From: Flavobacteriia bacterium
GTDB lineage: Bacteria > Bacteroidota > Bacteroidia > Flavobacteriales_D > Crocinitomicaceae
Direction of reading: 5' to 3'
DNA length: 64,000 nt
Assembly (NCBI GenBank): GCA_947462925.1
Contig: CANHQP010000010.1
Span: 13,664 to 77,663, forward strand
A program made the position numbers and the translations under genes. The notes beneath the pieces were generated by a model. It saw only the letters and a program-made list of their open reading frames with translations. It was not told the origin of the DNA and searched no databases. Numbering within the stretch: position 1 is the first letter of the stretch; each line of letters starts with the position of its first letter. Positions 56,632 through 64,000 of the stretch are shown here, in pieces.

Positions 56632-57597
56632 TTATAGTCTATTTATTTGATCAATGATTTTTTGTTTTTCCAACAAAATATATCCGTTCGGAACAACATG
56701 TTTTTGACCTTCAGTAAGTACCCAATTTAAAAACACTTTAACAGCGTAATTTTTCGGTTTTCCTTTGGTCACCAAAAATAAATCTCTAGCAGGTGGCGAT
56801 GGGTACTTTCCGTTTGCAATTGCAGTTGTGATATCTTTCAATGAATTATAGAAATTTTCATCTTGGTCAATTGTTCCATTACCATTAATATCAATCGGAG
56901 CCACATCCATACCTGGATATTTTTGACCGGTTTTTACATCGTAAACAAAAATAACGTTGTTGTATCCGATACTATTTTTGTCTTTTCTAACTGCATCAGC
57001 AACTCCAGGGTCACCAAATACCGCAATTCCTTTCAATTCTTCTTGTGCAGAACCACCCAGGTATTTCGCCCATACTTCAGCAGCACCTGAAGCATCAGAT
57101 CTTGTATAAACATTTACTTTAGTAGATGATTTTTTCCAAACTTTTGCTCCGTTTCCTAGGAATAATTTTGTCAATTCGTCTTTAGTCATTCCTTCTGATT
57201 TTATCTGATTTAAGACAGGATTTTGGGAATTAATTGTCGGAATAACAGCATCTTTAGTTACCGAAAAACCATATGCTCCTTGACTTTTTTCTATATCACT
57301 AATATCTTTAGAATACATTGCCAAATCAGCAGCTCCTCCAAGTAAATCTGCCATTCCTTTTCCTGCTCCACCACCTGAAATATTAAATTTCACATCAGGA
57401 TACTGTTTTCTAAACTCTTCTGCCCACACATTGACCAACGGATAAAGCGCAAATGCCCCTGAAATCGTGATTGTACCTTCAACTTTTTTAGCTTCATCAC
57501 CGCTTGATTTCTCATCAGAACCACAAGCACTAGCTAACACCAAGGCAGTTGTAAGAACAACAAAACCTGCTTTTTTGATCGAAAAAAATTGTTTCAT
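56632..57597 (-). CDS. pstS: Phosphate ABC transporter substrate-binding lipoprotein (PstS family)
   Basis: Lipobox LVLASACGS. SGGGAGKG and GSGAAEVWAKYLG blocks of the PBP-like_2 family. Confidence 0.85.
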   Translation of the reverse strand: MKQFFSIKKAGFVVLTTALVLASACGSDEKSSGDEAKKVEGTITISGAFALYPLVNVWAEEFRKQYPDVKFNISGGGAGKGMADLLGGAADLAMYSKDISDIEKSQGAYGFSVTKDAVIPTINSQNPVLNQIKSEGMTKDELTKLFLGNGAKVWKKSSTKVNVYTRSDASGAAEVWAKYLGGSAQEELKGIAVFGDPGVADAVRKDKNSIGYNNVIFVYDVKTGQKYPGMDVAPIDINGNGTIDQDENFYNSLKDITTAIANGKYPSPPARDLFLVTKGKPKNYAVKVFLNWVLTEGQKHVVPNGYILLEKQKIIDQINRL

Positions 57598-57618
57598 AAT
57601 TATTTATTTTTGATTAGT

Positions 57619-58923
57619 TTATTTTTGAATTTTCAAGAATTGAGGCGTAAACGTGACCATCAAATAAGCCCACTCTTGCCACAAATCACTATTACCCGAC
57701 TTTTTAATGTATTCCATTGATTTAGTTAGGAATGCAAATGAGTACCCTAATTGCAATTCAGTGATTGCGTTTGGTTTATAGATTAATAACAAGTCATTTT
57801 CATAACCCAAATATTTATTAATAACTTCATTATTTGCAATGAAATTATTCTGACTAAAGAACAAATGCTGTTCAACTTTCAATGAAACTTTTTTATTGAA
57901 ATCAATCACTGTAAAAAAGTAAGGATTCACGATTCCAGCGTTGTTAAAATCTTTAGGAAATCTTGTAAACAAATCCATTGTTCCTAGAAATCTGTGGTTT
58001 ACACCATACAAAGCATCAAAAGACCTGGAGGTTGAACTTGGTTTTTTCGCGTCATCGCCGCTGAAAATTTCTGCCCCTAATCTAAAAGTGAAATACTTTT
58101 TCAATTTTAATTTAGCTTCCGGCTGAAAATAAAAAGCATCTAATTTCTTTCCAGCGGTTGTTTTTCCATATTGGTAATATCCAGCAAGTGTTAAATATAA
58201 ATTCTTTTTAGTGTACTCTACTCTACCCCCACTGGTAAAGCGATTGTTAATTTTTTCAGAAACAGTCGCATCTTGAAATCCATCATTAGCATTAATCAAA
58301 GTAAGTACAAAAGCGTCATTGAATTTATATTTTAAAAAATTGACAAACAAAGTTTTATAATTTGCAAATCCAGGGTTGTAATCAATGTTGGCATATTTAT
58401 CCTGCGCTCCATGAGCTTGATTGAAAGCACCAATTAAATCAGCCTCTAATTTTTTTCCTTTAAAAATGAATCGCACAGCATCGTGTGTTCCACCATTTTG
58501 TCTCCAATCATTTTGAGCAAAAAGCCTTTGGTTGTCATACATCACTTTTTGTCTTCCAATTCTTGCCGTGATTCTTTTTGTTATTGAAGGCTCAACATAA
58601 GTTTCAAACAATTGCAGTGTTGCACCTGTTGATCTTGGATCTTGTTCTCCCCAAATTCTAATGTCTTGAATCGAAGTATGCCACGTAAAACGAGGTGCTT
58701 TGTAATCTAAATAAATTCTACTTCTTTGTTCTACGAAAAAAGCAGCATCAGACGTATCAGAATTTAATTCTCTATATCCATTTCTATATTCAGCTCTTGG
58801 TCTAAACTCTGCCGAAATTGTAAAAATTTTAGCTGTGTCTTTGACTATTTTTAAAGAGTCTTTTTGAGCACTTGAGATTATTACAAAGGATAAAAAAGTA
58901 AAAAATATAATCGTTTTTATCAT
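57619..58923 (-). CDS. Outer-membrane beta-barrel porin (alginate-export-like family), first gene of the pst operon
   Basis: Signal peptide MIKTIIFFTFLSFVIISSAQ. Blocks EFRPRAEYRNGY, IGRQKVMYDNQRLF and NDWRQNGGTHDAVRF. C-terminal aromatic residues. Start moved to ATG 58923. Confidence 0.7.
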   Translation of the reverse strand: MIKTIIFFTFLSFVIISSAQKDSLKIVKDTAKIFTISAEFRPRAEYRNGYRELNSDTSDAAFFVEQRSRIYLDYKAPRFTWHTSIQDIRIWGEQDPRSTGATLQLFETYVEPSITKRITARIGRQKVMYDNQRLFAQNDWRQNGGTHDAVRFIFKGKKLEADLIGAFNQAHGAQDKYANIDYNPGFANYKTLFVNFLKYKFNDAFVLTLINANDGFQDATVSEKINNRFTSGGRVEYTKKNLYLTLAGYYQYGKTTAGKKLDAFYFQPEAKLKLKKYFTFRLGAEIFSGDDAKKPSSTSRSFDALYGVNHRFLGTMDLFTRFPKDFNNAGIVNPYFFTVIDFNKKVSLKVEQHLFFSQNNFIANNEVINKYLGYENDLLLIYKPNAITELQLGYSFAFLTKSMEYIKKSGNSDLWQEWAYLMVTFTPQFLKIQK

Positions 58924-59441
58924 ATTGAAGTGATTTCTTAACAATACCATTTTTACTAACTCTATTTACTTAATAGAATTAGTAAGGGACAAATTTAAAA
59001 TTAATCTTAATACATTAGTATTTATTAACTAAATAAATTAAATTTTAACATTAGCCTAATCAAATATTTACATTTCAAAATTACCCGGAAACATCCGTTC
59101 TTGCAATTCTTAAGGTTTTGACTTTAACAAATATAATTGAGCCCCCACCCTAGAATTGGAGTAATTAGTGGTATAGCGTTTTCTTTTTGAAAACGTAAAG
59201 AAGGAAGAATATTTTTTCCAAAATGAAACGATTTAGCCCTAAATTTTATTCATGGCCACCGAAATTAATGAAACAATAGTTTGCGTTTGTCCTTAAAGCG
59301 AATTGACCTTCAAAATACAATTCAACAGGTTTTTGATCTTGAGCATTTTTTAACTGAAAAGAAAAAAATGTAAGAAGAGAAAAATATGTTTCATCATTTT
59401 TAATAGAATCGATTTTATTTTAAAAGTTAATCACTTACTTT

Positions 59442-60053
59442 CTAAGTTAATCTTAAATAGGGTTAAATTGTTTCAAAACCTTTTGGGAAGTTTTCCAAAG
59501 ACAACTCATAACTCACACTTGGAGAGATAACAACCTTATCTCCCCAATTCTAGTTTGCTGAAGTTGCTACCGAATAATCGAGAGTGAGCTGAAGAGAAAC
59601 AATGACGGGTAATAACACATCAAAATTCAGGGCTATTGAGGCAGGATATATTAATATTATTTTAATAAGGTTCTATAATGAAAACAGCGCACAAAGTAAA
59701 TATTTCCAATGCTTTTGGATGAAGCATTTCGTAGAAGTTGACAACTGCAAAATCTATATCTGCGATGATTGGACATTGAACATTAGTCAGTTGAGTTTCA
59801 TTAATATCTTCTACCCACTTCAAGTGAGACTCTAAAGAATCAACAGTAAATGCATTTTTTTTATCTTTCTTTTTTTAAATTCCTTTTGCAATTTTGTTAC
59901 AGTTCCTAATTCTGCTGTAGACAATAGTGTTAAATCTGTCAGATGAGAAAATAATATTGTCTAACTATCACCAACCCATCTGTGCAAATCAATTGTACCT
60001 TTTGATTTTTCTGCTTTGAGATCTGGAGCGATTTCTCCTAATTTTAATGACAT
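59442..60053 (-). pseudogene. Decayed 1-Cys/Prx6-type peroxiredoxin gene
   Basis: Minus-strand reading gives MSLKLGEIAPDLKAEKSKGTIDLHRWVGDS, then TAG at 59961-59963, then TILFSHLTDLTLLSTAELG. A frameshift follows in the homopolymer at 59855-59862. Reading continues NAFTVDSLESHLKWVEDINETQLTNVQCPIIAD...AVFIIEPY, then further shifts and stops, then YPASIALNFDVLLPVIVSLQLTLDYSVATSAN*NWGDKVVISPSVSYE...FPKGFETI*PYLRLT. Confidence 0.85.
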
Positions 60054-60078
60054 AATTACTCGTTTTTATTCTTTTTTG

Positions 60079-62670
60079 TTAATAATTAAATCGAAGGGTA
60101 AATCCATTTGTTCTTGGGTCTCCTAATACACCAGCATAAAGTCCTGAATTTCCTGCAGCAGCTTGTAGTTGCTCGAAATAATTAGTTCCACCAATGTTTC
60201 TTGACCAAAAGAACGCTGTAAATTGACCTGATTTAAATCCTATTCTTGAATTTACAAGTGCATAAGCGTCGATTTTCAATACTTCTGAAGGTGTTGGATT
60301 GGAAGAGTATTCTGAGCGATAACTTGCATCTGTGGCTATAAAGAAACGTCCTTTTTTTCCAAATAAGGATCCTTTAGTACTTAATTCAAAGCCTACTGCT
60401 CCATTCCATTTGGAAATACCTGGTAATACACCTCCCGAAGCATCTGTAAATGCTTGTTGAACCGTTGTTCCATTCTGATTAACAGCTGTTTGTCCTGTTA
60501 ATTCAAGCGGTAGAGGAGCATTAGTGAATGAGACATACTTTCCATCTGTATATGCAACTGAACCAAAAATAGAAAGGAAATTTCTTATTTGATAATTGAT
60601 GTCAACTTCTGCACCTTTTACATTTACCCTTTCGGCATTGGCCAAATATCCGCGGTTTACGCCTAGCTGTGGAGATTGAACAATCGTTTGGTAATCTTTA
60701 ATATCTGTATTGTAAACAGAAACATTTACAATTGCTCCTTTAAATGGTTTAGTTTTAATACCAAATTCAAGATGTTGCACAAATTCAGGTTTAATAATTG
60801 CCAAAGACAAATCTGCTTCTCCTGTAGTTAATGTTGGTAATCCTCCAACGTTAACTCCTACCGGTTTGTAGGCTGTTGAATAAGTACCAAATAGATTTAT
60901 TTTACTAGTAGGTTGGTATGAAGTGGTAAAGTTTCCAGATAAATTCGTGTTTTCTGTTTCTGTATTAAAACTTTGGTCGGAATATACAGCTTTCTTTAGC
61001 GATTGAAGTATTGCGTCAGAAGTTTCCAACCCCCCGTAAGTTTTACGATCGTAATTAATCGTTTTTTTATCGTAATTATAACGCAAACCTCCAATTAAAT
61101 GAATAACTTTGAATAATTTCCAATCTAATTGAGCAAATGCGGCAGCACTAAGTGAATTAAGCTTAGAATATGTTCTAATTCCATAATTATCCAACAAACC
61201 TGGTGTAGAATAAAATGCTTGATTCCCAGTTGTACTAGTTTGAACAAATCTCCATTGGTCTGCTCCAACTTCTTCCTCGTGATAAGGTGATGTTTCCAAA
61301 ATTTGAGTTAGAGCATAAACACCTAACACACCGCTAAGTTTTTTAAAAATATTACCAGCGAATCGAATTTCTTGTGAATATTGTTCATGTCTAGATGGTG
61401 CTTGCGATTTTGTCAAAGCAGCTATTTCTGTAAAATCTCTATCATTTACAGGATCCCAATTCCAAAAACGCCATGCAGTTGTTGATGTTAAAGTACCTTT
61501 TCCAATTTTATAATCTATATTTAAGGAAACACCACCTATTGATTGATCATGGCGATAAGGAGTATTTGTATTGATTTTTCTTGAAAACGGGTCTATTTTT
61601 GGTTTTGTATAACCTAAATCTTCAATAATTTTAAAGTATTGTCTATAAGCTGAACGTAAAGTTGGTGTCACTCCGGCAACAACTAATGCAGATCCGTCAG
61701 GTCGTTGATTATTATAGTCCCCAATGAGTTGAATTTCTAATTTGCTTGATGGTGTAAAATACAATTGACCTTTTATCCCAATATTATTTAACCCGCTGTA
61801 TCGTTGTTGATCACGCTCGTTAAAAATTGTTCCATTTCGTTGTGTTCCACTAAACGAAATACGAGTGCTAAGATTTTTTGCAAGCCTTCCTGCTAGGGAA
61901 GCTTTTGCTTGAATGAAGTTATAATTTCCATAACTCAATTCAATCTTTGCAGTGGGCTCAGTAGTTGGTTTTTTACTTGTGATATTAAATGCTCCAGCTG
62001 TTGTGTTTTTTCCAAATAATGTTCCTTGAGGTCCTCTTAAAATTTCAATTTGGTCCACATCAATAAAGTCTAATGCAGTTGCCGCTGGTCTTGCATGATA
62101 AACACCATCAATGTAAAATCCAACCCCAGGATCAATACCGTCATTTGTTAGTCCAAAAGTAGATCCTAAACCTCTTATGTTAAGAGTTGTATTTCTTGCG
62201 TTGGAAGAATATAATTGCACTGAAGGAACTAATTCTTTCAAGCGATTAACATTAAAGGCACCCGCATTTTCCGCTTGTTGCCCACTAATTACCGTTATTG
62301 GAATAGGAATTTCTTGAACAACTTCTTTTCTTCTTCTACCGGCAACAATTATCTCACTTAAATTAACTTGTTTTTCAACTTTAATAAGAATTTCACTTGT
62401 CTCACTTTTTAATTCATACTCAGTCTCTTGATAACCAATTGCTGAAACGACAAAGGTTAATGGGAAAATTTGTTTAGCCACTATAATAAATTTACCTTCT
62501 TGATCTGTTAGAACTCCAGTATTTTCTCCTTTTAAATCTACTTTTGCCCCAAAAATCCCTAAATTAGTGTATACATCTTTAACGGTTCCTTTTAGTTCGA
62601 TGTTTTTTTCTTGTGCATTTGCTATTTTAACAAATGCTACTAACAACATGATAATAAGTTTTGCTTTCAT
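60079..62670 (-). CDS. TonB-dependent outer-membrane receptor with CarboxypepD_reg-like N-domain
   Basis: Signal peptide MKAKLIIMLLVAFVKIANAQ and N-domain GTVKDVYTNLGIFGAKVDL...DQEGKFII. Plug blocks (RLKELVPSVQ, IEILRGPQGTLFGKNTTAG). 22-strand-size barrel ending in TLRFNY. An upstream in-frame ATG at 62733 is also possible. Confidence 0.85.
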   Translation of the reverse strand: MKAKLIIMLLVAFVKIANAQEKNIELKGTVKDVYTNLGIFGAKVDLKGENTGVLTDQEGKFIIVAKQIFPLTFVVSAIGYQETEYELKSETSEILIKVEKQVNLSEIIVAGRRRKEVVQEIPIPITVISGQQAENAGAFNVNRLKELVPSVQLYSSNARNTTLNIRGLGSTFGLTNDGIDPGVGFYIDGVYHARPAATALDFIDVDQIEILRGPQGTLFGKNTTAGAFNITSKKPTTEPTAKIELSYGNYNFIQAKASLAGRLAKNLSTRISFSGTQRNGTIFNERDQQRYSGLNNIGIKGQLYFTPSSKLEIQLIGDYNNQRPDGSALVVAGVTPTLRSAYRQYFKIIEDLGYTKPKIDPFSRKINTNTPYRHDQSIGGVSLNIDYKIGKGTLTSTTAWRFWNWDPVNDRDFTEIAALTKSQAPSRHEQYSQEIRFAGNIFKKLSGVLGVYALTQILETSPYHEEEVGADQWRFVQTSTTGNQAFYSTPGLLDNYGIRTYSKLNSLSAAAFAQLDWKLFKVIHLIGGLRYNYDKKTINYDRKTYGGLETSDAILQSLKKAVYSDQSFNTETENTNLSGNFTTSYQPTSKINLFGTYSTAYKPVGVNVGGLPTLTTGEADLSLAIIKPEFVQHLEFGIKTKPFKGAIVNVSVYNTDIKDYQTIVQSPQLGVNRGYLANAERVNVKGAEVDINYQIRNFLSIFGSVAYTDGKYVSFTNAPLPLELTGQTAVNQNGTTVQQAFTDASGGVLPGISKWNGAVGFELSTKGSLFGKKGRFFIATDASYRSEYSSNPTPSEVLKIDAYALVNSRIGFKSGQFTAFFWSRNIGGTNYFEQLQAAAGNSGLYAGVLGDPRTNGFTLRFNY

Positions 62671-62729
62671 TTTAATCTTTTGTTTTTTTAAAAATTGTTT
62701 TTTTCGTCTTTGATACGAAATCTTTTCTT

Positions 62730-62906
62730 TCATTCAAATAAAAAAATAGGGAATGTTTTTCCAGATTTATTTTGATTTAGTTGCAACAAAAATTTAGAAA
62801 ATATCTTTTCTCCATCTAATCCGCAGCTTGCAAAAAGATTTTTATCAAAATCATCTATAATTCCTCGATATGTATTGCAACGAACTTGTAATAGTTTTGA
62901 TTTCAT
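62730..62906 (-). CDS. Small ORF (58 aa) upstream of the TonB-dependent receptor
   Basis: MKSKLLQVRCNTYRGIIDDFDKNLFASCGLDGEKIFSKFLLQLNQNKSGKTFPIFLFE. Its TGA forms an ATGA overlap with the in-frame ATG at 62733 of the receptor ORF. It is below the 60-aa cut-off of the ORF track. No family recognised. Confidence 0.3.
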   Translation of the reverse strand: MKSKLLQVRCNTYRGIIDDFDKNLFASCGLDGEKIFSKFLLQLNQNKSGKTFPIFLFE

Positions 62907-63179
62907 TTTTTGGGTTATTTTGATTCTTAACTTATTTCAATTATACTAATTCAATTAACTCTATGTATTTGGTAGAATTAATAGATATCAAAACTAAGAA
63001 GTAATTTCGTCTTATCAATCAAATTGTAAAAAATTAACTTATTTTAACAAAAGGTAAATAAAAGTTGTTTTTTCGAAAATAGACCAGTTATACCAAACTC
63101 TACAGAATTTGATTTTAAAAACTAAATAAAGTACTAGAGAAAATAAAGAAAAAAATTGATTAAAATTTAAAGAAAACTA

Positions 63180-63590
63180 CTATTCAATGAAAGTTTTAAA
63201 ATTGATTTCTTTCATAATCAACCTACTTTGCTCTTTGATTTTCGCAAATTCCCTTTTAATTGCACAAGAAACTTCATCTGTACAATCTTCACATTTTTCG
63301 TAATAATTTACAGAAACGCATGGAACAAGTGCAATTGCTCCATCAAAAACACGGTAAACTTCCGCTAGGTTAATTTCTTTTGGCGCTTTGATTAGATAGT
63401 AGCCACCTCTATAACCTTGGTGACTTCCCACAAAACCAGCATGTTTTAAATCTAACAAGATTTGCTCCAAAAATTTTTTAGGAATATTTCCTTTTTTTGC
63501 AATATCAGCAGTAAACATATTCCCTTGTTGATAGTTTTCACTCAAACAGATCAATGCTTTTATTGCATATTTACATTTTTTTGACATCAT
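63180..63590 (-). CDS. Rrf2-family (IscR/NsrR-like) transcriptional regulator with a Cys cluster
   Basis: wHTH N-terminus MSKKCKYAIKALICL...FLEQILLDLKHAGFVGS. Cys residues in LVPCVSVNYYEKCEDCTDEVSCAIK. The ORF-track start at 63599 is TTG; ATGs lie at 63590 and 63587. Confidence 0.85.
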   Translation of the reverse strand: MMSKKCKYAIKALICLSENYQQGNMFTADIAKKGNIPKKFLEQILLDLKHAGFVGSHQGYRGGYYLIKAPKEINLAEVYRVFDGAIALVPCVSVNYYEKCEDCTDEVSCAIKREFAKIKEQSRLIMKEINFKTFIE

Positions 63591-63596
63591 GATATT

Positions 63597-63628
63597 CAAA
63601 GGTAGCTATTCCGAAAAGAAATGACAAA
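63597..63628 (-). promoter_or_regulatory. Candidate Bacteroidota sigma-A promoter (-33 TTTG / -7 TAnnTTTG) for the Rrf2 gene
   Basis: The minus strand reads TTTG (63628-63625), a 20-nt spacer, then TACCTTTG (63604-63597). The box ends 6 nt before ATG 63590, so the leader would be very short or absent. Confidence 0.4.
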
Positions 63629-63689
63629 CTTTTGTAAAAATTGAACTAAATAGTCGTAACATTGTTCAAACATCAATTTTAATAAACTT

Positions 63690-64000
63690 ATGGAAAATCA
63701 AAGTTACAACAATCATTCTCGATACTATGTCCCTCATCACTTAGTATTCTATCCGCTAACATTAGTTTTAGGCGTATTTTGCTTTTACCAAGGAAATAAA
63801 AATCCAGCATTGAAAGAAATTTGGTGGACGTTAACTGCTATCATGATTATGATTGTATTTCTAGCGTTTATGGTACGTCAACATTATGGATTGAAAAATC
63901 AGGATCGCATTATTAGAATTGAAATGCGTTATCGATATTTTGTTGTTACCGGAGAACGCTTTGAATTATTGGAATCGAAATTGACAAACAGTCAAATTTT
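63690..64000 (+). CDS. Small membrane protein, 5' part only (runs off the window); possibly DUF6526-type
   Basis: From ATG 63690 the frame is open to the window end: MENQSYNNHSRYYVPHHLVFYPLTLVLGVFCFYQ...WWTLTAIMIMIVFLAFMVRQHY, with two TM helices. Absent from the ORF track because no stop falls in the window. Confidence 0.5.
   Translation, partial: MENQSYNNHSRYYVPHHLVFYPLTLVLGVFCFYQGNKNPALKEIWWTLTAIMIMIVFLAFMVRQHYGLKNQDRIIRIEMRYRYFVVTGERFELLESKLTNSQI

Noticed and set aside
59177-59195. 7-bp hairpin cgttttc/gaaaacg with a TTTTT loop
   Set aside because: It has no adjacent U-tract on either strand and no gene end nearby that it would terminate.
59602-59835. 77-aa plus-strand ORF in the 59-60 kb gap
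   Set aside because: It lies antisense to the peroxiredoxin pseudogene. The opposite strand explains this region much better.
62999-63006. TAGTTTTG box (minus strand) about 93 nt upstream of the 58-aa ORF, considered as the promoter of the receptor unit
   Set aside because: The nearest upstream TTTG is 23 nt away, which is long. Similar octamers are frequent in this AT-rich spacer. It is too uncertain to list as a feature.

Overview
Visibly AT-rich chromosomal segment from a Bacteroidota genome, most likely Flavobacteriia. Supporting signs are a UpxY-type antiterminator, TAnnTTTG-type promoter boxes, no obvious Shine-Dalgarno sites, lipoprotein-type signal peptides, and a TonB-dependent receptor with a CarboxypepD_reg-like N-domain. 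I saw no rRNA, tRNA, CRISPR array, transposase or integrase.

The regions 1-25.4 kb and 50.5-64 kb look like housekeeping DNA. They encode a class-III aminotransferase, an SPFH protein, a VIT1 iron transporter, ElbB, PckA, RelA/SpoT, fumarylacetoacetase, two YceI proteins, YchF, a membrane Fe-S/CCG oxidoreductase pair, MlaD, an amidase, an LptD-like protein, an M16 peptidase, a CDF transporter, RecG, a porin-pstSCAB operon, and an Rrf2 regulator with a TonB-dependent receptor.

The standout is 25.5-50.5 kb: 24 genes on one strand, mostly tightly packed or overlapping. A UpxY antiterminator heads a complete Wzx/Wzy/Wza/Wzc polysaccharide pathway. Embedded in it are a full PAPS synthesis and recycling module (DUF2061-cysC-cysD-cysN-cysQ), three sulfotransferase-like genes interleaved with wzx and wzy, precursor genes for an N-acetylhexosaminuronic acid and for dTDP-rhamnose, an embedded pgi, and a GH20-like lipoprotein. 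I read this as a dedicated locus for a heavily sulfated capsule or exopolysaccharide; I know of no genetically defined flavobacterial example.

Secondary points are a multiply disrupted peroxiredoxin pseudogene plus a second gene remnant at 59.2-60.05 kb, a dihaem lipoprotein coupled to the VIT1 transporter, a pst operon with a dedicated porin and an FAD protein where phoU usually sits, and candidate leaderless promoters for two regulators.

All family assignments come from reading motifs in the translations. No database search was run.
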